Of a stretch of 64,000 bases of DNA, positions 1 through 13,445 are shown one piece after another (the stretch's first letter is position 1; every line of letters starts with the position of its first letter). Position numbers and translations under genes: made by a program. Origin of the DNA: Anthoceros angustus. Lineage: Eukaryota; Plantae; Anthocerotophyta. The DNA lies in contig MU008159.1 of NCBI GenBank assembly GCA_010909165.1, positions 1,984,001 to 2,048,000 on the forward strand. The letters run 5' to 3'. The notes beneath the pieces were generated by a model. The model ran no database searches, was not told where the DNA came from, and saw only the letters and a list, made by a program, of their open reading frames with translations.

Positions 1-537
1 ATGTATAGTAACGTCAAAAGCAAAACGTGGATAAATTCCATGTGTTTCATACCCTTTCCAAGTGCATTCATCCTTCGAAAACTTAAGGACCTTGCCGGGC
101 AACACTTCCACGTCCTTGACCTCATCCGTCATGCCACTCTCTTTCCACCGGCGGATGTGATGCGAACCCTTCCTCCGTCTTGGTTCTCCTTCCGCATTCC
201 CCATTCCGGAATAGGTCGTCGAGGTAAAGCGTGAGACACCCTCCTCGCACCCTCCGAAGTTTGTCCGGATCGTCGCTCTCACCACCTCTACTTCTGTTCC
301 TCGACCTCTGGCCTTCTGGTCCGATCCTCCTCCCCATTGTCAATTGTGACTCCATAGCACCCTAATAGGTTGATGGAATGGGAATATCTCTCCGTGTCGT
401 CCTCTTCATCGACCACGAAATATGCGAATTTCTCCTTCTCATCCTCTCCCAGGTATCTTGAGTGTATCCCTCCGTTTCGTGGGTGTCTCCCTGCGTCGTA
501 TCTCTGCTCCAAGTCAAACATATCCTTCCCCTCCTTA

Positions 538-2390
538 ATTTTGGGGTCATGTAACACTTTTGGGCCCCTTGTTACACTTTGGCTTGGAAACTATACCATG
601 GCTGTTGTTGCAATCATGTTGCAATGGTGTTGCAATTATGTTAAGATGAAGTGAGAGGTGGTTTTGCCTCTCTCAAAATTGCAACATGATTGCAACATCT
701 AAAGTGTTACAAGAGAGGTCTTGTAACACTTTTGGAGGCTTGATACCCAACCTCCTCCCCATCCACCATTGCCCTTTTACTTTTGCCCTTTAAATACCAC
801 GCTTTACTTGGTATTTACCATAATCGCCCTCAATACGACCATATAGATATGCACGTATCAATACATCCATGTACTATATGGATGTAATCTACATGATAAA
901 TGTACTATATTATTCTAAGTGCTATCACGGACGTATTCAATTTCATATAAAATAAGTTTGTATATTACGTATTACATCGTATACATATTCATGATACGAT
1001 ACTTTGTATTTACTATACGTGTAAATAGCGGCCCTTTATACCCCTACTTTATAGCATGCCCAAGGCATGGCGTTGTCACTTCACCAGCCGTACCAGCCGT
1101 GGCCGTGGCTTCATAAGCCATGGCGCCCAAGAAGATGGTCCCACCTATCACCTTCCGTATCGTGACGCATCACTGATGAGAGTTGATGCAGCTCACAAGA
1201 TAATGCATGCCATGGAGGAGATTTGGTATCGCAGCGCTTGTATTTTTACGCCTCCATGTAAGGCACTTCCCACTACTGGTCGATCGTGATGCACCTCCCC
1301 GAAACTTCCGCCCCTCCGTTGGATTAGCAATTTTCTTCTTCCTCTCACTTGCGTTCGGTTGAGGCAAGCTTTGCCATACCATTTCCACCTGGCCTCACAT
1401 ACTGCTCAGGGCACCGTTGCACATACAGACATACAACCATGGCCATCATGAGTTATTCAGTCATGCTATTTGGCCCTACTAGAAATGGGCACCCTATGTT
1501 ACACTTTATGTTAAGATTTGGACCCTGGATGTAACACTCATGTTACAATTTTGGGGTCATGTAACACTTTTGGGCCCCTTGTTACACTTTGGCTTGGAAA
1601 CCATACATTGTTGCAATCATGTTGCAATGGTGTTGCAATTATGTTAAGATGAAGTGAGAGGTGGTTTTGCCCTCTCTCAAAATTGCAACATGATTGCAAC
1701 ATCTAAAGTGTTACAAGAGAGGTCTTGTAACACTTTTGGAGGCTTGTGCAGAACCTCCTCCCCATCCACCATTGCCCTTTTACTTTTGCCCTTTGAAATA
1801 CCACGTTTTACTTGGTAGTTACCAAATGCCCTTCAATACGACCATATACAAATACGTATCAATACATCCTTGTACTATGCATGTAGTCTACGGTGATAAA
1901 TGTAATGTATTATTCTAAGTGCTATACGTATTCAATTTCATATAAAATAAGTTTGTATATTACGTATTACATCGTCTACTGATATACATATTCATGATAC
2001 GATACTTTGTATTTACTATGTGTAAATAGCGGCCCTTTATACCCCTACTTTATAGCATGCGCTTGCGGTTTGTCCTTCCCACGGCCATAGCCTCGCCATG
2101 GCCCAAGAAGATATTGTCCCCACCTATCACCTTATTGATCAACGAGGTTATGCCCCTACAAGATTGTCTTTGTGCGGAGGAGATTTGGTATCGGCTTATG
2201 CTTTTCGCCTCCATGTAAGGCACTTCCTACTCGTCATCGTATGCACCTACGAAACTTCCGCCTCCCGTTCGATTCGCAATTTTCTTCTTCCCCTCCCACT
2301 TGCGTTTGGGTGCTTTGCCACTTCCTCCGCTTCCCTCCATAGCACACATTGCACATACAAACCAACCATGGCGTCATGAGTTATCCAGCG
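538..2390. repeat. ~1.0 kb diverged tandem duplication (AT-rich TTGCAA block plus MAPKK-like ORF start)
   Basis: ATTTTGGGGTCATGTAACACTTTTGGGCCCC occurs at 538 and 1548. Similarity runs through ATAGCATGC (1051/2052) and the GCCATGGC(G)CCCAAGAAGAT segment (~1117/~2095) to ~1460/~2390. Confidence 0.9.
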
Positions 2391-5304
2391 TTAATGGGTT
2401 TCCACGGCTCCATTTGCCTTACCTTCCCTCCGGTCCCTCCTCTTTTCTTCGCCTTCTTGCTGGACATTTCCTCTTCCGTCCTCCTTCTTCCTTGCGCCTT
2501 GTCATCCTTGCCACCTGCCTCCTCTACTCCTCCTCCCGTTTTCCTCTTTCGGCCTCCACCCTTTATCACAGTGGCATTGCCTCAACTGGGCTCCACTATG
2601 CAGTCCATGCTCTCGGCATCCAGGCGCAAGGTATGTCTCAGCACAAATTAGGCACATCGTCCTCTTGACTGCCTCCTCTGCTGCGTCCATGTTCTCTGCG
2701 TCCCCCCGTCTGTCCCCCGGCCTCCATCTGCATTGGCCTTTTGCGATATCAAGCGCACGCATGTTGCCCTCTTAGTCCTCCTTCATTCTCTCTCCCCGAC
2801 ATCTCATGTTTGCCTTTTGCCTGCCCGACCATGGCTGCTGGGTGATCCACTCGTCGTCCTCCACCGCTCCTCCTAGTCCCCTGCGATTTTTGGCTGTCCA
2901 TAGTGCACACAAGTGTGTTTCTTCACGGAGTTGATTGCCCCTCCGTGCTCCACCACGACTCCGCCCTCCACACACCTTGTTCCGCCCTCCATCGGCGTCG
3001 TCCTCCATCGATCCCAACGGCCTCCACCCTCCCCATACGTCACACGCGGTCACCTCCACCTCTTTTCCATTATTTGCTTGCTGCCCACGACCTGACCCGT
3101 TGCCTCCATTGACCCCAATCCGGGCATGCGCTTCCACCACCAAATCGTGGTGTCGCGGGCACCACAATATCGTCCTGCTGTCACTCGGTTCCCCTCCGCC
3201 TCCCTCCATGCTTCCTCAAGGCTGCGCCTCCACTCCACCCGCTCCTTGTTCAGTCCCCATTCAAAGTCCGTTGTCCCTCGCCCCTCGGCCTCCTTCCTCC
3301 CAAGCCCCTTCCGCCATCTGCATTCCTTGATAGCCTCTCGTCGTCCATGTCACCACCTCGTGCACCATCGTTGCCTCCCCCTTCCGTCGTCTCGGAAAGG
3401 CCACCATATCGGGATCCATCTTCAATTCAATGTCGTTAAGCAAAATGGTCATTTCCTTGTTCTCCTTGCAATAGCCGAACCTCTAGGATCTTTTCATACA
3501 CTCCCTATCTTACTGCTTGAAGGAACTCGACCCCCCCACTATCGCCTTTCACGATTTCCACCCTTTCCCTTCTAGCAATCACCACCGTCCCCTCGAAGGT
3601 TGCCTCCCTTGTCTCCAAGCTTGAACACGCCGGCATGCCGGTGCACATGTGTTACCCGTTTGTCCACCATGCCCACTCATCCTGCAAACTTGAGCGTGTG
3701 CACACTTTGCCGTCACTTGCCGTGCGAGTCTGCGAAACCCACCTCATCCAGAAATAGCTCTTCATCTATTTCCTTCCACACGCGGCTCCAACTCCGCATC
3801 CGTCGGTGGGAGGTTCCACGTCTCAAAGTCGTCAAAATCAAGTGGGCTCATGTTGCCTCTTACCTCTGGGGTCTTGACGAGGAGGCCGCTTCTTCACATC
3901 GCCGATGTCTCGAATGGAGACCGCCGGCGGGTGCGGTGGATGAGCGAGATAGCCCGAGGCCATTTGGCCCCTCATCCTCCCCACCCGGATCTGATGCAGC
4001 CGTCGGCGCCGTCCAACTATGGTGTTCGCGGCGATACGTGACTCCCCTAGCAAGCTTCACCTCGCCATACTCCCCATGTGAACCGGTTGTCCACCACCTT
4101 CGTGCCATCTTTGAAGGCAATGGCTTCCTCTCAGTGAAAGGTGCGGGCCATGAGTCCCGTAATTCAAGGCTGCTATTTTGAAAAAGCTTTGTTTGCAAAG
4201 GCCCGGTGGTTGTCATTTACTCCTCTTGGCGGGACGGTGCACATGCTACTTGCCCATAATCGAACAATTTTCGACCACAACCGGACTTGGGAGCAAGTTT
4301 CATGTCCCATTGGTTCTGTTGTCGTTACTCATGATGTATTATATTGCCCACATGGCGCCGCTCTCAATCGCCCATTCTTTTACCATTAATCATCGTCTTC
4401 CGACCAAAGATTGCCTTGTGCATCCGGGAGGGAGGAGACAATAGACTATAGCTGCAAACCAATCACCATACATGATTTATTCCACTTTCAGACGCGTGAC
4501 TCGAGTGGCGTGCAAGGGTGACTTGTCATGTCGGTCTATGGACGGGCACCAAACCATACCCATCCATTCCAAGCGGACAAGGCGGTCATCGAGTTTTATT
4601 GCGTGACATGGGAAGTACAAGTAGTGATCAAGGATGAAGGACTTTCCCATCCCAATGTTTAATTACGGTGGCATATGTCCCCACATTGTGAGGTATAAAC
4701 CGTCCCTGCTCACACTGCCCATGCCCCAGGCGGCAGAGCCAAGGGACGGCCCTCCATACCAGTCCTTGATGGCGAGGGAGAGCAACCTCCCATCCATCAT
4801 CCTCGATGGCCATCGTCATTGACATTAGCCCTTGTCCTTAATGGCCATCGTCGGTTTCCAACAATAATGTGCACACACTTACGCAATGATCCACAAGCAG
4901 ACACAGTCGAGCGGCGGGCGGCGGTTTTGACTTATCGGATTCCACAAACACTTTAGCTGCAGGCATGGACTTGTAGGTAGGCGAATAGGGCCAAAAAGTG
5001 TTCACATCCTCAATGAACCCCAGCCATACCGTGTGTGGTCACGAACACCATGCCCGCACCATGTGGAAGGAACCACCTCGCCACCGAGGCAAGTCCCCAC
5101 GAGGATAGCCACGATGACGCTCGCTCCACGCCATGAGGCGGTGACACCGCCTCCAACCTTTGCAAAGGATCCTTGATGGCCATCAGCAGATTTCTAGTTG
5201 TGCACAAGATGGAGACATGAACACACGCCTCGTGGTGCGAACTACCACTCCACGCCCATTTAGGTTTCCGACGGAAGCTAGCTCCGATACGTCAACATGT
5301 CCGT

Positions 5305-6625
5305 CGCATGGCATAAGGTAGCAGGAGGCGCCGCGGGCATGTTTCCGAAAAGAGGCTCGCCCGCGAGGATGACCAAGAGAAAGGTAGTAGCGTGAAGCGA
5401 GGGCAAGGTGGTGACATTTAAAGCGGACCACCACCTTCACCTCTTGTGCCCCCCACATCGGGTTGCGGATGAGAGGATCTTGAATTTCAACTGTTCCTTA
5501 CATGTGACAAACCAAACATGGCTTTGATGGTCGTCGATATGATGACGGTTCTTTGGTAAATGCAATGAGTGTGAAGCCGGCGCGCCATAGAGGAGCGCGG
5601 AATGCGAAGTTTGTTTTCATGTCTCCTAAGGGCTGGAAATCCTTTGCGGTGCGACGCCATAGTGACGTCAGAGCCGTCACCCTAGCATGGTGCCAGATGG
5701 CGTGAATACATTATACGTTCTGCCATGTGACGCGCATGATTGGTGGAGAGCAGAATGGGAGTCTCAAGCGATGGACATCATTATCTAGGAGAACGGAATT
5801 GGCATATATGGCAAATTCACATACGGACGGTCCTTCATTCATGGCATAATGAAAGGGGCATTTAGTTTGCTTGAATGGCTCTCACGTGCCACCCACCGTC
5901 CTTGCACAATGGTGTAGATGTTGATATAGATTATTCAAAATGGAGCAGTAGCGTCATCGGTTCAAACGACCTTGACATGGCATAAGGTAGCAGGAGAGGC
6001 GCCGGGCATGCATGTTCCGAAAAGGCAGGCTCTCGCATGCGAGGATGACCAAGAGAAAGGTAGTAGCGTGAGCGAGGGCAAGGTGGTGACATTTAAAGCG
6101 GACCACCACCTTCTGACCTCTTGTGCCCAGCCCAGCCACATTGCGGATGAGAGGATCTTGAATTTCAAGCTCCTTACATGTGACAAACCAAACATGGCTT
6201 TGATGGGTATTCGACCAATATGATGATTCTTTGGTAAATGCAATGAGTGTGGCCGTGCGGCCATAAAGGAGCGAATGCGAAGTTTGTTTTCATGTCTCCT
6301 AAGGGCTGGAAATCCTTTGCGGCAGTGCCGCCATAGTGACGTCGAGCCGTCACCCTAGCATGGTGCCATGGCGTGAATACATTATCGTTACGCCATGCAT
6401 GATTGGTGGAGAGCGAATGGGAGTCTCGAGCGATGGACATCATTATCTAGGAGAACGGAATTGGCATATATATGGCAAATTCACACGACGGTCCTTCATT
6501 CATGGCATAATGAAAGGGGCATTTAGTTTGCTTGAATGGCTCTCACGTGCCACCGTCCTTGCACAATGGTGTAGATGTTGATATAGATTATTAAAAATGG
6601 AGCAGTACGTGGTTCAAACGACCGA
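5305..6625. repeat. ~670 bp diverged tandem duplication
   Basis: GCATAAGGTAGCAGGAG occurs at 5311 and 5980. Both copies give KDFQPLGDMKTNFAF and VVVRFKCHHLALA on the minus strand and differ by substitutions and small indels. Confidence 0.9.
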
Positions 6626-8984
6626 CGTGGCATGTTTTCTTCCATGCCATGAGTTTTCAATTATTCTAATGGCTTGCACCCACCTTCCTTGGACCATGGT
6701 GGAGGGAGAATTTTATTTGAGAGAAAGGGAACCATTGTCCTTGGTTCATGGCGGGTTGTAAGATGGCCATGACCTTGTCATGGCATGGCACTTCCTTGGT
6801 CATCGCCACTCGAAATCGCAAACACTTGTCCTTGGGTCACGAAATGGTCATAAAAAGCGGGGACTATATATGGCATGCATGGAGGAATGGCATACGTGGA
6901 CAAGGAAGGTTTCGTGTTTGTGCACTTGCACAAACACGGTAAAGAGGTGGCATGGCAAGGCAAGGAGCCAGCTGGCATGGCATGCCACGTAGTCCCCCTT
7001 CTTGGATGGAAGCACGGCGAAGGATGGTCCTAGCGCGGCAAGTGAGGTGGGCACGCCTGTGGAGAATGCGGATTCAACTGAAGTGGAGAGGGTGGATGAT
7101 CATCGCGTGGAGGCGGAGGCGAGAGAGGTGTCGGGTCTTGGAGGGAGCAACTTGCAAGAGTCTGCGCCAAAGAGGAGGGCGATCTGAGAGAAAGCGCAAG
7201 GGAGTGGGTGTCTCTAATAGGTGGGAGCTAACTGGAGCGCTTGCTGCAGGAGAGAATCCAAAACTTTCGGAGGAATCGCCAGGCCGTGACGAGGAGGAGG
7301 AGGAATTTGGCGTGAGTCAGGAGAAAGAGGCTGTGGTGATCGGGAGGAGCATGGTGGTGCTGCCCAAGAGGCCGTGTGGTGGCGAGAGAGGCCATTGGTC
7401 TTGTGGACCTTGTTGGTGGCGATGGATAACCCCAACAACGTGGGAGGAGGATGCCTGTGGAGGAGGCTGCACAGGAGTGGAGGCGGTCTCGGAGGAGGCG
7501 GTTGCGGAGGCGGGCCAAGGAACGTGCATATGATGGTCGGGAGGCGGTGAGGAGAAGGACACCACGGCAATGATGGGGAAAGCGCAAGCGAGGCGGATGT
7601 GGAGATGGCGGATGATGAGGTGGAGGCGACATACCGACTACATTGCCACTACGAAATTGGAGAATTGATGGAGCGGTTGGCGGTAAGCGCGTCATTGCCG
7701 TGTGCGTGCATGGGCGTGGTGGAGTGTACATGGTGAGCCGGTTATGCGATGGAGGTTGGGTGGAGAATGAGGAGTTGACTGGTTGGTGCGACGTGGTGAT
7801 ATGTAGGACGTGAGCTCTAAGTGATGTGTGTGCATGACTGCAGGGAAGAAGGGGAAGGGAAAGCTGGTGGAAGGTGAAGGCCATGTCAGGAAGGAAGGCA
7901 CTGATACTAGTGGAGAGAAGGAAGATGGAGGAAAGGTGGCAAACAGGGGGGCGTCACCGTCAAGTGATGTTGGAGGCAACGTAGATGGTGGGGAACACGG
8001 ATGTGGGAGCGGGGCTGAGAGATGGTGGGGAACGGATGTGGGAGCGGAGCACCGGAGAGATGGTGGGGAACTGGATGGATGAGAGAATGCGGAGCGCATG
8101 CGAATGCAATCGGAAAAACCGTGGCGGTGGGCCGTTTGTGGAGGAATGTGAATGTTGAGCCATTTTCTTGCGACGGAGTCGCCAAGATGCGTGGTGGACC
8201 GGTGATGGTCAATCGCAAGCAGATGGAATTGGTATTCCCACCTTTATAGCCTAGCATTTACAGGGTCCTTCGCCGTGAAAGTGGTGATTGAGGCCTGGAT
8301 AGGTCTAGGAAGTTGTGGAGGAACCACGAAAACAATGGTGTTGGTCGAAGAGTCACCAAGTGGCGTCAAGACGATGGCCATATCACTTGGAAGACGTACA
8401 TGTTTGTAGATAAAGCCAATTGCATCGGTGGCAACAAAGCCACCGATCTTTGAAAGGATAGAGGACGCTTGAACGTCCAAAATTCCAATTAATTTGTCAA
8501 TAAAATCAAACACTTATATATGCAAGGTATGAGAGTGACGTAAGGGTTAGCACATACATATTACTATATAAACAAGTCTTGACGCCTATATACATACGTA
8601 TATACGTATACAAAGGAGGCATACAGTACACTAATATAATATAAGTATATGAGATGGATGTGTACATATATATGTACACATACTTACATACTTATGTCTT
8701 GAAGCCTATATACATATATATGTATACAAAGGATATGCAAAGGAGGTAAAATAGGAAGGGAAGGACATGAGGAGAGAGAGGTCCTTGTTACAATCATGTT
8801 GCAAGAGGAAGAGGAAGAGTATAAAATGGTTGTGATAGGGGAGGTCCTTCTCACGGTCATGATGGAGGAGGAGAAGTGAAAGAGTATAAAAGGGTGTGAT
8901 AAGGGGAGGGGCAATAACTAGCGGGGTGAGGTGAGAGGAGAGAGACCAAGCATTGTGTTAAGATGGGGTGAGAAGGTGGATAAG

Positions 8985-9335
8985 AAATTGACACAACACC
9001 AAGCCACCAAAAGTGTTGCAATTTTGAAGTGGTACATGAAGTGAGAGACCAAGCATTGTGTTAGGATGGTGGGAGAAGGAAGAGAAAAATGGACCAACTT
9101 AACACCAAGCCATCAAAACATGTTGCAAGTTGGAAGTGTTACATAAAATTGCAACACGATCGTAATAAGGTGGGAAATTATTAATAATGCTTGTGAGAGA
9201 GGGTGTACCCGGAAGGGTGAGGTGGGAAGAGAGAGTGCAGTTCGTGTTAAGATGGTACCAAGACGGAACTAACAAACTTAATACCAAGCCTCAAAACATG
9301 TTGCAATGTGGAAGTGTAACAAAAATTGCAACATC
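8985..9335. repeat. Three to four dispersed copies of an ACCAAGCC..AAAA..TGTTGCAA..AATTGCAAC module
   Basis: Modules at ~8997, ~9104 and ~9283. They carry the same TTGCAA/ATTGCAAC motifs seen at 600-700 and 1610-1700. Confidence 0.7.
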
Positions 9336-9339
9336 GGTA

Positions 9340-11300
9340 TGGCATAGGTGCCCTTTTCTAGTAGGGTGGTCTCCACAACAAAGCGGACCATTTGCCTTAC
9401 CTTCCCTCAGTCCTCCTCGCTTTTCCGCCCTTCTTGCTGGACATTTCCTCTTCCGTCCTCCTTCTTCCGGTCAGCCGTGGCAGTGCCAACTCATGGGTCT
9501 GCCTCTACTCCTCCTCCCATTTCCTCTTTCGCCCTCCACCCTTTATCGCAGGTGGCGTTGCCTCAACTGGGGCTCCACTATGCAGGTCCATGCTCTCAGC
9601 ATCCGAGGCTGCAAGATATGTGTCTAGCACGAAATTAGGCACATCGTCCTCTTCAGCACCTGCCTCCCCTGCTGCGTCCATGTTATCTGCAGCGTCCCCC
9701 CCACGACCTGTCCCCCCCTGGCCTCCATCTGTGCACTGGCCTTTGCCGATATCAAAGGCACCTGCATGATTAGTCCTCCTTCATTCTCTCTCCCCCTCGA
9801 CATCTGCCTCATGCTAATTCTGGCGCCTTTTGCTGCCCGACCATGGCTGCTGCTTTGGGTGCTCCACTTCTTGTCCGTCCTCCGCCACCCGCTCCTCCTA
9901 GTCCCCTGCGTTTTTGTTTGTCCATAGTGCCCACAAGTGTGTTCCTTCCGTCGCCTTTCCCCTCCGTGCTCCACCACGACTCCTGCCTCCACACTCCTTG
10001 TTCACGCCTCCATCGCCAGGCGTCGCCACCCATCTCCTCCCAACGGCCTCCACCCTCCATACATGGCGTCACCTTGCGGTCGGCCACTCCTCCACCTCTT
10101 TTCTAGTAGGGTGGGTCTCCACAACAAAGCGGACCATTTGCCACCTTCCTCTGATCCCTCGCTTTTCCGCCTTCTTGGACATTTCTTCCTCCTTCTTCCG
10201 TCCGCCGAGTCTGCCCTTGTCACTGCCCACTGGTGCCGCCTACTCCTCCTCCCATTTTTCTCTTCGCCTCCACCCTTTATCGCAGTGGTTGCCCCTCAAT
10301 GGCTCCACTATGCAGTCCATGCTCTCGGCATCCGAGGCTGCAAGATATGTGTCTAGTAACGAAATTAGTACACATCGTCCTCTTCAAGACTGCCTCCCTG
10401 CTGCGTCCATGTTATCTGCGGCCCCCCCCACGACCGTCCCCTCTGCTCCATCTGCAACACCGGCCTTTGCCGATATCAAAGGCACCTGCATGATTAGTCC
10501 TCCTTCATTCTCTCTCCCCATCTCGCCTCATGCTAGTTACGCCTTTTGCCCCCCGCCACCATGGCTGCTGCTGGTGCCCACCGCCGTCTGCCTCCGCCAC
10601 CCGCTCTTCCTAGTCCCCTGCGTTGTTTGTCCATAGTGCCCACAAGTGTGTTCCTTCCGTGACGGTTCGCTGGCCTCCTGCTCCACCACCACTCCGCCTC
10701 CACACTCCTTGTTCCTCGCCTCCATCGGCGCCGCCACATCTCCTCCCAACGGCCTCCACCCTCCGTGACACATGGTCACTCACCATGGTCGACCACCTCC
10801 ACCTCTTTCCAAAGATTTGCTTGCTTCCCACTTGACACAACTGTCACCGCCTCATTGACACCATTCCGGGCATGCAACTTCCACCAACCATGCGCGATCG
10901 TGGTGTCGCGGGCACCTAATTAAATCCCTTGTCACTCGTTTCCCACTCGCCTCCATCATGCCTCCTCATGACCGCGCTTCCCGTCTCCACTTCACGCTAC
11001 TTGTCCGATCGCCTTTCCCCTTCCAAGTCTCGTTGTGCATCGCCTCCTCGGCCTCCTCCTCCCAAGCCCCTTCCGCCCCATCGCATTCCTTGCTAGCATC
11101 ACGGGCGTCCACGTCGCCACCACGTGCTGCTGTTGCCTCCACCCCTTCCTTCCGTCGCCTCGGAAGGCCACCATATCGGGATCCATCTCCAATTCAATGT
11201 CATTAAGCAAAATGGTCATTTCCTTGTTCTCCTTGCAATGGCTTGAACCTCGTGTCTTCTCATACACTCCACCTTACCCATTGTAGGAACTCGCAGAACC
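9340..11300 (-). repeat. Two to three copies of the GC-rich block also present at 2390-3500
   Basis: TAGTGC(C)CACAAGTGTGTT occurs at ~2901, ~9925 and ~10634. CCACCATATCGGGATCCATC occurs at ~3401 and ~11169, and GCTGCGTCCATGTT at ~2680, ~9671 and ~10400. Confidence 0.85.
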
Positions 11301-11672
11301 CCACTATCGCGGACCGCCCATGAGGCGATGGAAATCGTCCTCTTCAACCTCCCATACTCTGCCTCTTCTTCCGTTGGGAACCGCCCATCTTGATTCTCAA
11401 ACCTCACCACCCAGCCAAGACGCCTCCCTTTCCCCACGGGTTTGGACCCATCCCCGTTTTGGCTAGCCTCTCTTTGCTGCAATTTCGTACTTGATGGCTC
11501 AAACTTCCGTTCCTCTTGACTCCATCCGAGCCCATGCAAGTGCATCTTCCCACTCGTCATCCACCATGCTGCCTTTCTTCCCATGTCCTCCCTGCTCCAT
11601 TTCCTCTACCATCGCCGTTTTCAGCTTCCACCGAGAATTGCGCTGCCATCTACTTAGGCGTCGGCTTATGCT

Positions 11673-13410
11673 GACTTGACCACTGTGTCTAGGAATGCTT
11701 GACACGGATTTCACTAACTGCTTTCTCCTCTTCTCGAACGTCAGTGCCATCTTGCCAGTGTTCCCCGCTCATTCACAACCTTCTCCCCTCACCCGCATTC
11801 AACACCTTTGGCCTTGCTTCGCTCACCGAATAACATCGAGTCCCTTCCCCGCTTCATGTGGTTTGGCATGGCCTCCTTCAGATTTGACCCCATGCTTGTT
11901 TACCAAGGCTTTCACCTGCATCTGTCCATCAGACCACTGCCAAGAAGATCCAGACACGCATTAATCATTCATCACCGCTGTCGAACACCACCCCTTGCGA
12001 AATTGCTTGCGCCATTCGGATCAAGTGCTCAGCGGCTTGCCGTCGCTGGCTCACGCTCGGCCGCTTACCCGCCCCTCGCGATTTCCACTTTCCCTTCTTG
12101 CAATCGCTACACCACTGCCTCGAAAACTTGCCTCCCTTGTCTCCTCCCCGCTGAACGCTCACAAGCATGTGTGCACCTGTATACCTTGTCCACCATGCGC
12201 ACTCATCCGCCTGCAAACTTGTGGGTGGTGTAAATTGCGTGTCCGCTATCTAGAAGTGTCGGCTTATGCCGGACTTGACCACTGTGTCTAGGAATGCTTG
12301 ACACGGATTTCACTAACTGCTTTCTCCTCTTCTCGAACGTCAGTGCCATCTTGCCAGTGTTCCCCGCTCATTCACAACCTTCTCCCTCACCCGCATTCAA
12401 CACCTTTGGCCTTGCTTCGCTCACCGAATAACATCGAGTCCCTTCCCCGCTTCATGTGGTTTGGCATGGCCTCCTTCAGATTTGACCCCATGCTTGTTTA
12501 CCAAGGCTTTCACCTGCATCTGTCCATCAGACCACTGCCAAGAAGATCCAGACACGCATTAATCATTCATCACCGCTGTCGAACACCACCCCTTGCGAAA
12601 TTGCTTGCGCCATTCGGATCAAGTGCTCAGCGGCTTGCCGTCGCTGGCTCACGCTCGGCCGCTTACCCGCCCCTCGCGATTTCCACTTTCCCTTCTTGCA
12701 ATCGCTACACCACTGCCTCGAAAACTTGCCTCCCCTTGTCTCCTCCCGCTGAACGCTCACAAGCATGTGTGCACCTGTATACCTTGTCCACCATGCGCAC
12801 TCATCCGCCTGCAAACTTGTGGGTGGTGTAAATTGCGTGTCCGCTATCTAGAAGTGTCGGCTTATGCCGGACTTGACCACTGTGTCTAGGAATGCTTGAC
12901 ACGGATTTCACTAACTGCTTTCTCCTCTTTCGAACGCGCCATCTTGCCAGTTCTCCAGTTCATTCACAACCTTCGTCTCACTCAATAATTCCAGCTTTTG
13001 CCTTCGCCACCGCATAGCATCGAGTCCCTTCCCCGCTTCATGTGGTTTTGCATGGCCTCCTTCAGCCATTTGACCCCATGCTTGTTTACCAAGGCTTTCA
13101 CCAGGCATCGTTGTCCACCGTGACACTCACCAAGAAGATCCGACCGCTGACATCGCATCACTGCTGTCGAACACCACCCCTTGCGAAATTGCTTGCGCCA
13201 TTCCAGAGGGCGTAGGCGGTGTCACGCTCGGCCGGGCTTTACCCTTCATGATTTCCACTTTCCCTTCTTGCAATCGTTGCCACCGCCCCTCCGAAAAACT
13301 TGCCTCCCCTTGTCTCCCTTGAACGCTGCCAAGAGATGCTGTGTGCAATTACCTGCTTGTCCACCATGCGCACTCATCCGGCCTGCAAACTTGTGGGGTG
13401 TAAATTCGTG
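11673..13410. repeat. 598-bp tandem array: two near-identical copies plus a diverged third
   Basis: GACTTGACCACTGTGTCTAGGAATGCTTGACACGG occurs at 11673, 12272 and 12870. The ORF track shows near-identical ORFs offset by 598 (11995/12593, 11965/12563). Confidence 0.95.
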
Positions 13411-13445
13411 TCCTGAGACACGGTGAGGTCCACATTCACCCTCAA

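Larger units (their letters stand above)
1..13445. mobile_element. Degenerate, internally duplicated transposon-like DNA; class not assignable (possibly large DNA transposon such as CACTA/MULE/Helitron accessory ORFs)
   Basis: The same blocks recur in several diverged copies (2390-3720 matches 9340-12230; other tandems listed separately). Protein-like phrases recur between copies (MTILLNDIELxMDPDMVAF, KEHTCGHYGQT, AQAISQGVVFDS) but are broken by many small indels and stops. Clusters of TTGCAA motifs resemble subterminal repeats. No intact ORF, terminus or diagnostic catalytic motif was found. Confidence 0.55.

Noticed and set aside
4040-4100. GSHGEYGEVKLA, resembling a kinase glycine loop
   Set aside because: No downstream kinase subdomains in any frame.
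5400-5680. KDFQPLG (CACTA DGFNPFG-like) and CHHLALA (hAT CxxH-like) phrases
   Set aside because: Spacing and order do not fit either transposase, and the opposite strand reads equally protein-like.
8100-8550. Plus frame interrupted only by stops explicable as C->T changes
   Set aside because: All stop codons begin with T, so this is not evidence for a former ORF.
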